A DNA stretch of 64,000 bases from positions 1-64,000 of the IMG/VR virus record IMGVR_UViG_3300012922_000007; one strand, given 5' to 3'. Origin of the DNA: a virus. Position numbers and translations under genes: made by a program. This document shows, piece by piece, positions 59,011 to 64,000 of this stretch. The notes under the pieces were generated by a model. It made no database searches, had not been told where the DNA came from, and worked only from the letters and a program-made list of their open reading frames with translations. How positions within the stretch are numbered: position 1 is the stretch's first letter; each line of letters starts with the position of its first letter.

Positions 59011-59417
59011 TGAATAAACAGGAGAAGGTAAAGGATCGTCGATTACAGAAACTGTTCCGGACGACCTTGGAAGAATACCGGAAGATCGAGGACTTCCAGA
59101 AGAATAGTAAGTTCAAGATCCTTCTAGGGAAAAAGAATGGGTATGACCATCATCATGCTTCCGGGCGTTGCCGAGGAATCCTGGATTGGAGATTGAATAG
59201 GGCACTTGGCCTCGTAGAATCCGTTGCAAAGAATGAAGGGGAAGCGGCGGAAATTCTCTACGTATTGTCTGAATATCTCGTGTCTCCACCAGCAGTCGAA
59301 GTTATCGGAGAACGGTTCGGATTGATAGGTCAAGCTAAGGTGAAGCGTCGTATGATTTATGGATCTAAAGACGGACCAATTTTGCCCCCGAAGAAAAAGA
59401 GGAAACATGTTGGCTAA
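59010..59417 (+). CDS. Endonuclease VII-like protein (degenerate Zn sites)
   Basis: L.EY......Q...DHHH.SG.CRG.L....NRALG. Confidence 0.6.
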   Translation: MNKQEKVKDRRLQKLFRTTLEEYRKIEDFQKNSKFKILLGKKNGYDHHHASGRCRGILDWRLNRALGLVESVAKNEGEAAEILYVLSEYLVSPPAVEVIGERFGLIGQAKVKRRMIYGSKDGPILPPKKKRKHVG

Positions 59418-60111
59418 AATCTCGGCGTACTTGCAGTCTCATGAAAAATTGATCCTAGGGGTTGGCACTCTCGTCATTGTACTGTACCTCGGTAATCGTT
59501 GGATAAATTCGTCCGAGGTCAAAGCAGATGAGGCTAATCAAAGGGCACAAGCGGCTCTTGTGGAACAAAAAAAGATTGTAGATAATTTGACCTCGTCTTT
59601 ACAAGACGCACAGAAGAGAAGCGATGCAGTAGTGACCCAGTCGGCTATGCAGGTCTTTAATTTGCAACAGGAAATCGCCTCGCTTCGCAACAGCCTCGCA
59701 TTAGAACAGGAGGCTATTCGGACTAAGCCTATTAGTGCAATCGCCTCGGACTGGAACCAACTGATCCAGATTCCGGACGGAGTAACTAACACGAGTATCG
59801 GGATTACGGTATCGGAGGCTGCCGCTCGTGCGACGTTGTCAACGTTGGTTGAGGTTCCGGTATTGCAGAAGACGGTGGATAATCAGAGTAAGGAGTTGGC
59901 TAGCAAAGACCTAGCGCTGTCTGCACAGGCGGCGACTATTAAGGCATCGGATGACCTCGTATCCGGCTTACGTGTCCAGATTGTGGATGGTCAGACTGCG
60001 TGTACGAAACAAGTGGCGTTGGAGAAGGCTAATGCTCGCAAGGGTAAGCGTACGTGGTTTTTGATTGGCTTCGCCTCTGGCTTAGCAACCCGAGTTCTGG
60101 CACATTTTTAG
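59407..60111 (+). CDS. Membrane-anchored coiled-coil protein (possible spanin-like lysis protein)
   Basis: N-terminal TM, long coiled coil, hydrophobic C-terminus. Confidence 0.5.
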   Translation: MLAKISAYLQSHEKLILGVGTLVIVLYLGNRWINSSEVKADEANQRAQAALVEQKKIVDNLTSSLQDAQKRSDAVVTQSAMQVFNLQQEIASLRNSLALEQEAIRTKPISAIASDWNQLIQIPDGVTNTSIGITVSEAAARATLSTLVEVPVLQKTVDNQSKELASKDLALSAQAATIKASDDLVSGLRVQIVDGQTACTKQVALEKANARKGKRTWFLIGFASGLATRVLAHF

Positions 60112-60171
60112 ACTAAGGCACTTATTAGTCAGTATTTAACTTATAAATATAAAGAAAATAAAGGACAATAA

Positions 60172-60942
60172 ATGTCTAGTAATTCACCTCGGATTCTGCT
60201 CTTAGACCTAGAGACGTTACCTCACCTGGGATATTCCTGGGGCAAGTGGGATCAGAATATTATTAGGTTTGCCCAAGAAACTTGTATCGCCACTTTCGCT
60301 GCGAAGTGGATGGGAGATGGTGGAGTATTCGGAAAAAAGCTTAATGACTATCCGGGCTACAAACCGAATTCATATGACGACAAGAAACTCGTTAAAGATT
60401 TGTGGGATCTTTTGGATGAAGCAGATATTGTGATCGCTCACAATGGAAAAGATTTTGATGTCAAGGTGTGCCGAGCACGATTCTTGTTCCATGGGATGCT
60501 GCCGCCCTCGCCGTTCAAAGTAATCGACACGAAGAATATTGCTAAGAAAGTAGGACGGTTTAGTTCAAATTCTTTAAATGACTTGGCCAGTTACCTCGGG
60601 TTTGGTTCGAAGATTAAAACGGACTTCGATCTGTGGTTAGGGTGTATCGCAGGCGACGCGGATTCATGGAATAAAATGCTTCGCTACAATAAACACGACA
60701 TACATTTACTGGAAAAATTATACAAGCGATTGATGGCCTGGGCCGGAAATCATCCTAACTTGACTTTGTTTCGCAAGGATGCCGACTGTCCCAAGTGCGG
60801 CTCGAAGCATGTTACCTGTCGCGGAGTTGCAACTCTGGTGTCCGGACAATATCAGCGCTATCAATGTCAAGATTGTGGTGGATGGAGCCGTTCTACAAAA
60901 CTAATCAACAAGACCAATAAAGTTAATGCACAGACTGATTGA
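60172..60942 (+). CDS. DEDD/RNase H-like exonuclease with a C-terminal Zn ribbon
   Basis: LLDLET, AHNG..FD, IDT, YNKHD, CPKCGS...YQCQDCG. Confidence 0.85.
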   Translation: MSSNSPRILLLDLETLPHLGYSWGKWDQNIIRFAQETCIATFAAKWMGDGGVFGKKLNDYPGYKPNSYDDKKLVKDLWDLLDEADIVIAHNGKDFDVKVCRARFLFHGMLPPSPFKVIDTKNIAKKVGRFSSNSLNDLASYLGFGSKIKTDFDLWLGCIAGDADSWNKMLRYNKHDIHLLEKLYKRLMAWAGNHPNLTLFRKDADCPKCGSKHVTCRGVATLVSGQYQRYQCQDCGGWSRSTKLINKTNKVNAQTD

Positions 60943-60948
60943 GGATAA

Positions 60949-61935
60949 ATGGGACTTAAAGAAGAACTAGTTTCTATAGAAAAACAATTTGGAAAAGGAT
61001 CGGTTTTTTGTCTAGGAGATAAAGAAGCCGTTCGAATTCCAGCGATATCTACAGGGTGTTTAAGCTTAGACAGAGCAATTGGAATTGGAGGGTTTCCTCG
61101 TGGTCGTATTGTAGAAATTTTTGGTCCAGAATCCTCTGGAAAAACTACACTGGCTCTTCAAACTATCGCTCAGGCCCAACTAAATGGAGGCAAGGGAGCA
61201 ATTATTGACGTTGAGCACGCTCTAGATTTAATTTACGCCAAAAACTTAGGCGTTAAAACAGATGAATTATTAGTTTCTCAGCCGGACTACGGAGAAGCAG
61301 CATTAGAAATATGCGAACGATTAATTAAATCAGGAGAACTGGACATTGTAGTAATAGATAGTGTGGCCGCTTTAGTTCCCCGCTCAGAATTAGAAGGAGA
61401 TTTTGGCGACGCACAGATGGGGCTACAAGCCAGAATGATGAGCCAAGCCATGAGAAAACTTACCGGTTTAGTACATCGGTCTAATTGCTGCCTCGTGTTG
61501 TTGAACCAGTTACGAAGTAAGCTGGGTGTAATGTATGGATCAAACGAAACCACGACCGGTGGGAATGCTCTAAAATTTTATGCTAGTTTGAGAATTGATA
61601 TGCGCAGGATTCAAACAATTAAATCTGGAGATGATGCAGCGGGTTCCAGAATAAAAATTAAATTAGTCAAGAACAAAGTTTTTCGTCCTTTTGGATTCAC
61701 AGAAGTAGATTTAATGTTTGGAGAAGGGTTTTCTAAAGAAGCGGATCTATTAGATTTAGCTATTTCTGGCGGTATTGTTGATAAATCGGGTTCTTGGATG
61801 TCATTTCAAGGAGAAAGGCTCGGACAAGGGCGAGAACAAGTTTGTTCAGAACTACGAGAAAATAAAAATCTTTATGACAGAATCTACAAAGCCGTTGACA
61901 GTCTTGCTGTATATGATTCGAAATCGAGTAAATAA
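60949..61935 (+). CDS. recA: Recombinase RecA
   Basis: [65 protein letters not shown]. Confidence 0.97.
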   Translation: MGLKEELVSIEKQFGKGSVFCLGDKEAVRIPAISTGCLSLDRAIGIGGFPRGRIVEIFGPESSGKTTLALQTIAQAQLNGGKGAIIDVEHALDLIYAKNLGVKTDELLVSQPDYGEAALEICERLIKSGELDIVVIDSVAALVPRSELEGDFGDAQMGLQARMMSQAMRKLTGLVHRSNCCLVLLNQLRSKLGVMYGSNETTTGGNALKFYASLRIDMRRIQTIKSGDDAAGSRIKIKLVKNKVFRPFGFTEVDLMFGEGFSKEADLLDLAISGGIVDKSGSWMSFQGERLGQGREQVCSELRENKNLYDRIYKAVDSLAVYDSKSSK

Positions 61936-62533
61936 TAAAGTCTATATTGGACAAACGCAGCGTTCTTTAACTCGTCGGTGGTTTGAACATTGTTGGGAAG
62001 CTGATAATGGTTTTACTAGAACTATTTGTAAAGCTATAAGAAAATATGGAAAAGAATCTTTTAGTGTACTTCCTTTGATTCGCTTTGAAACTTCCGAGGA
62101 AGCAAATGCCGCTGAACAATTGTGGATAAAGGCGCTGAAGACACAGAGAAAAGGTTATAATATATCTCCTGGTGGTCCGGCTCCTATGAAAGGGCGGCAT
62201 CACACAGAAGAATCAAAAAAGAAACAAAGCAACAGCATAAGTGGAGAAAAACACCCATTATGGGGTAAAAAACACTCACTTGAGTCTAAAGAAAAGATGA
62301 GACAATCTCAGCTTAGAGTAGCAAAACATGGTAAAGATAAACTCAATTTTCGTCATGACGTTCCGGCCAGCGTAGTAATGATTTTATTTGCTGATGGTAT
62401 TAAAAGACGAACTATGTCGAGATTGTTAAATATAGAAAGAACTAGCTTAGATTCTAGAATTAGAAGCAACAGTTTAGAAAAATTAGCCAAAGAGAACCCT
62501 GAAGTTCTTGCGAGGTTAAAAGATAAACTATGA
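61874..62533 (+). CDS. GIY-YIG homing endonuclease with NUMOD3 repeats
   Basis: [15 protein letters not shown]...RW.EH...GYN...HTEESK...[12 protein letters not shown]. Overlaps the recA 3' end. Confidence 0.9.
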   Translation: MTESTKPLTVLLYMIRNRVNNKVYIGQTQRSLTRRWFEHCWEADNGFTRTICKAIRKYGKESFSVLPLIRFETSEEANAAEQLWIKALKTQRKGYNISPGGPAPMKGRHHTEESKKKQSNSISGEKHPLWGKKHSLESKEKMRQSQLRVAKHGKDKLNFRHDVPASVVMILFADGIKRRTMSRLLNIERTSLDSRIRSNSLEKLAKENPEVLARLKDKL

Positions 62534-62706
62534 CTGCTCAAGAAAAGAAAAAGATTCTTCTAGACCGCGCTATTATTAAATACAACGAAACTCGTCAGAA
62601 GTTTTATCTAAAACGAATCAAGGCTCTTTCAGAAAGTCTTGAAACTGGAAATCCTATTACGGTTGTTGATGCTGATATTGAGGTCAAGAATTCTTAAGGG
62701 GGCTCT

Positions 62707-63459
62707 GTGAGTGTTCGTCTATTTGTGGCAGGAGATGTCCATGGTTCGATCCACGAGATGTATCGTATGGTTAAGAAGTACGAGGACAGGGGTCTAAAAA
62801 TAGATGGGATCGTCCAGGTTGGTGATTGGGGTGTGTTTGTAGATGTAGGAGATTGGAAAGATTACTGGAGCGGATCATCCATAGCTCCTAAACCAACTCT
62901 TGTAATTATGGGAAATCATGAAGATCCGAGGGCAATTCTAGATTGGCAAGCAGCTCCAAATCAAGTTCCTAACATTACCCTCGCACCAGACGGGAAGATT
63001 ACAGATTTCCTAGGTGTGCGACTAGCTTGCGTATGGGGTAACTACAGTCCAATAAGTTACATGAACCCGGATCGAGTTGTCCAGAACCGGAAATCCGGAC
63101 AAAATCCTCGAATTGCCGCTCATATCAATCGTTATGCTGTGGAGAATCTCCTCGCACAGGAGGGACCTATGGACATGCTGATAACTCACGACAGTGCGAG
63201 GGTTTCGTTCCCAGCCGGGTTTGGACCTATGGACCCGCTTATTGGAGAAATTCTTGGACTACGAGGTCGAGAAGAGATGTCTATGGCTAAAGGCTGTCCG
63301 GGGTTTGATGATCTGCTTAGGAAATTTAAACCTCGCCACTACCTATTCGGTCATCTTCATTCCTACGAAACTCAACAGATAGGTGGCACGGAATCAACAC
63401 TGCTTCAATGTATTGAATATAACAAAGAGAATAATTTCTTTAAAGTCCTGGAGTTCTAA
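62707..63459 (+). CDS. Metallophosphoesterase, Dbr1-like
   Basis: GDVHG, VGD, GNHE, ITHD, FGHLH. Confidence 0.85.
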   Translation: MSVRLFVAGDVHGSIHEMYRMVKKYEDRGLKIDGIVQVGDWGVFVDVGDWKDYWSGSSIAPKPTLVIMGNHEDPRAILDWQAAPNQVPNITLAPDGKITDFLGVRLACVWGNYSPISYMNPDRVVQNRKSGQNPRIAAHINRYAVENLLAQEGPMDMLITHDSARVSFPAGFGPMDPLIGEILGLRGREEMSMAKGCPGFDDLLRKFKPRHYLFGHLHSYETQQIGGTESTLLQCIEYNKENNFFKVLEF

Positions 63460-63581
63460 ATGAGTGATCGAACAATGGCAACAATCAGGACTATCGGAGC
63501 TATCGCTTCCCCGGTGATCTCGGTTCTGTCTCTGATAGTCCAACTTTACATACTAACCCATTTACACCGATAGGAGAAAGA

Positions 63582-64000
63582 ATGGCAGGGAAGATCGAGG
63601 TCGAATCAAAGGCAATTAGCACTAATCCAAAAGATATTCTTGGTGCTAAAAAGATCTCACTTACTAAGATTCCTAGCACCGCTTTGCTTCATGAAGCGCA
63701 GGCTATGATGAACGGGGCAGATAAATATGGATCATATAATTGGAGAGCAAAATCGGTACTTGCGAGTATATATGTGGACGCGGCTCTACGGCACCTCTTA
63801 TCTTGGTTTGAAGGTCAGGAGGTAGCTGAGGATAGTGGAGTTCATCATCTCGGACACGCTAGAGCTTGTTTGGGAATTTTGCTTGATGCTCTAGAAACAG
63901 GAAATCTCGTTGATGATCGTCCAGTTTGTGGACAACCAGATTCATTCGATAAAACTCAATCTAGACTGGCAGAGATTGTAAAGAAGAAACGAGGTGTATA
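63582..64000 (+). CDS. DUF5664 dATP/dGTP diphosphohydrolase-domain protein (runs off window end)
   Basis: Not in the ORF track. NPKD..G.KK..L..IP...M..GA.KYG.YNWR...YVDAA.RHL..WFEG.E...DSG.HHLGHA.A; AGGAG RBS. Confidence 0.85.
   Translation, partial: MAGKIEVESKAISTNPKDILGAKKISLTKIPSTALLHEAQAMMNGADKYGSYNWRAKSVLASIYVDAALRHLLSWFEGQEVAEDSGVHHLGHARACLGILLDALETGNLVDDRPVCGQPDSFDKTQSRLAEIVKKKRGV

Noticed and set aside
63582-64000. Z-base (2-aminoadenine) genome
   Set aside because: DUF5664 and MazG occur widely without it, and no PurZ is present in this window.
1-64000. Stop-codon recoding; the many antisense and nested ORFs in the track
   Set aside because: Core genes are full length in code 11, and the nested ORFs are shadows of motif-supported genes.

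Overview
A 64-kb segment of a large dsDNA tailed-phage (Caudoviricetes) genome in standard genetic code. Host is probably Acidobacteriota; this is an inference from the cargo genes, not proven. Positions 1-15.35 kb are a leftward packaging/head arm: putative scaffold, tRNA-Thr(UGU), portal, TerL, repeat-bearing putative virion proteins, a trypsin-like lipoprotein and a JAB/MPN protein. 15.35-16.27 kb is a non-coding divergence zone with repeats, possibly a genome end or control region. From 16.3 kb the window reads rightward. It starts with early micro-ORFs, two large structured non-coding segments and a tRNA-like element. Next is an amidoligase/class II GATase/ATP-grasp cluster interleaved with a Zn-finger paralog family (9-10 copies in the window). 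Then come an ECF sigma factor, family A DNA polymerase, tyrosine recombinase, Bet/SSB/exonuclease, primase-helicase, lysis genes, RecA, a Dbr1-like phosphoesterase and DUF5664. About ten free-standing homing endonuclease genes are scattered through the window. The least-explained signals are: (i) ~335-nt and ~570-nt ornate RNA candidates plus a T-arm RNA that sequesters an RBS; (ii) two strongly over-represented DNA motifs, the palindrome TCCRGAWTCYGGA and CGAGGTCAA, which occur inside genes in different reading frames; (iii) a five-site ECF promoter consensus GCRCC-N17-CGTCHAA; (iv) the CxxC paralog expansion inside the peptide-ligase cluster; (v) a 38-unit NGGTCC array behind an Sm-like gene. 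All calls are made by eye from motifs; no searches were run.
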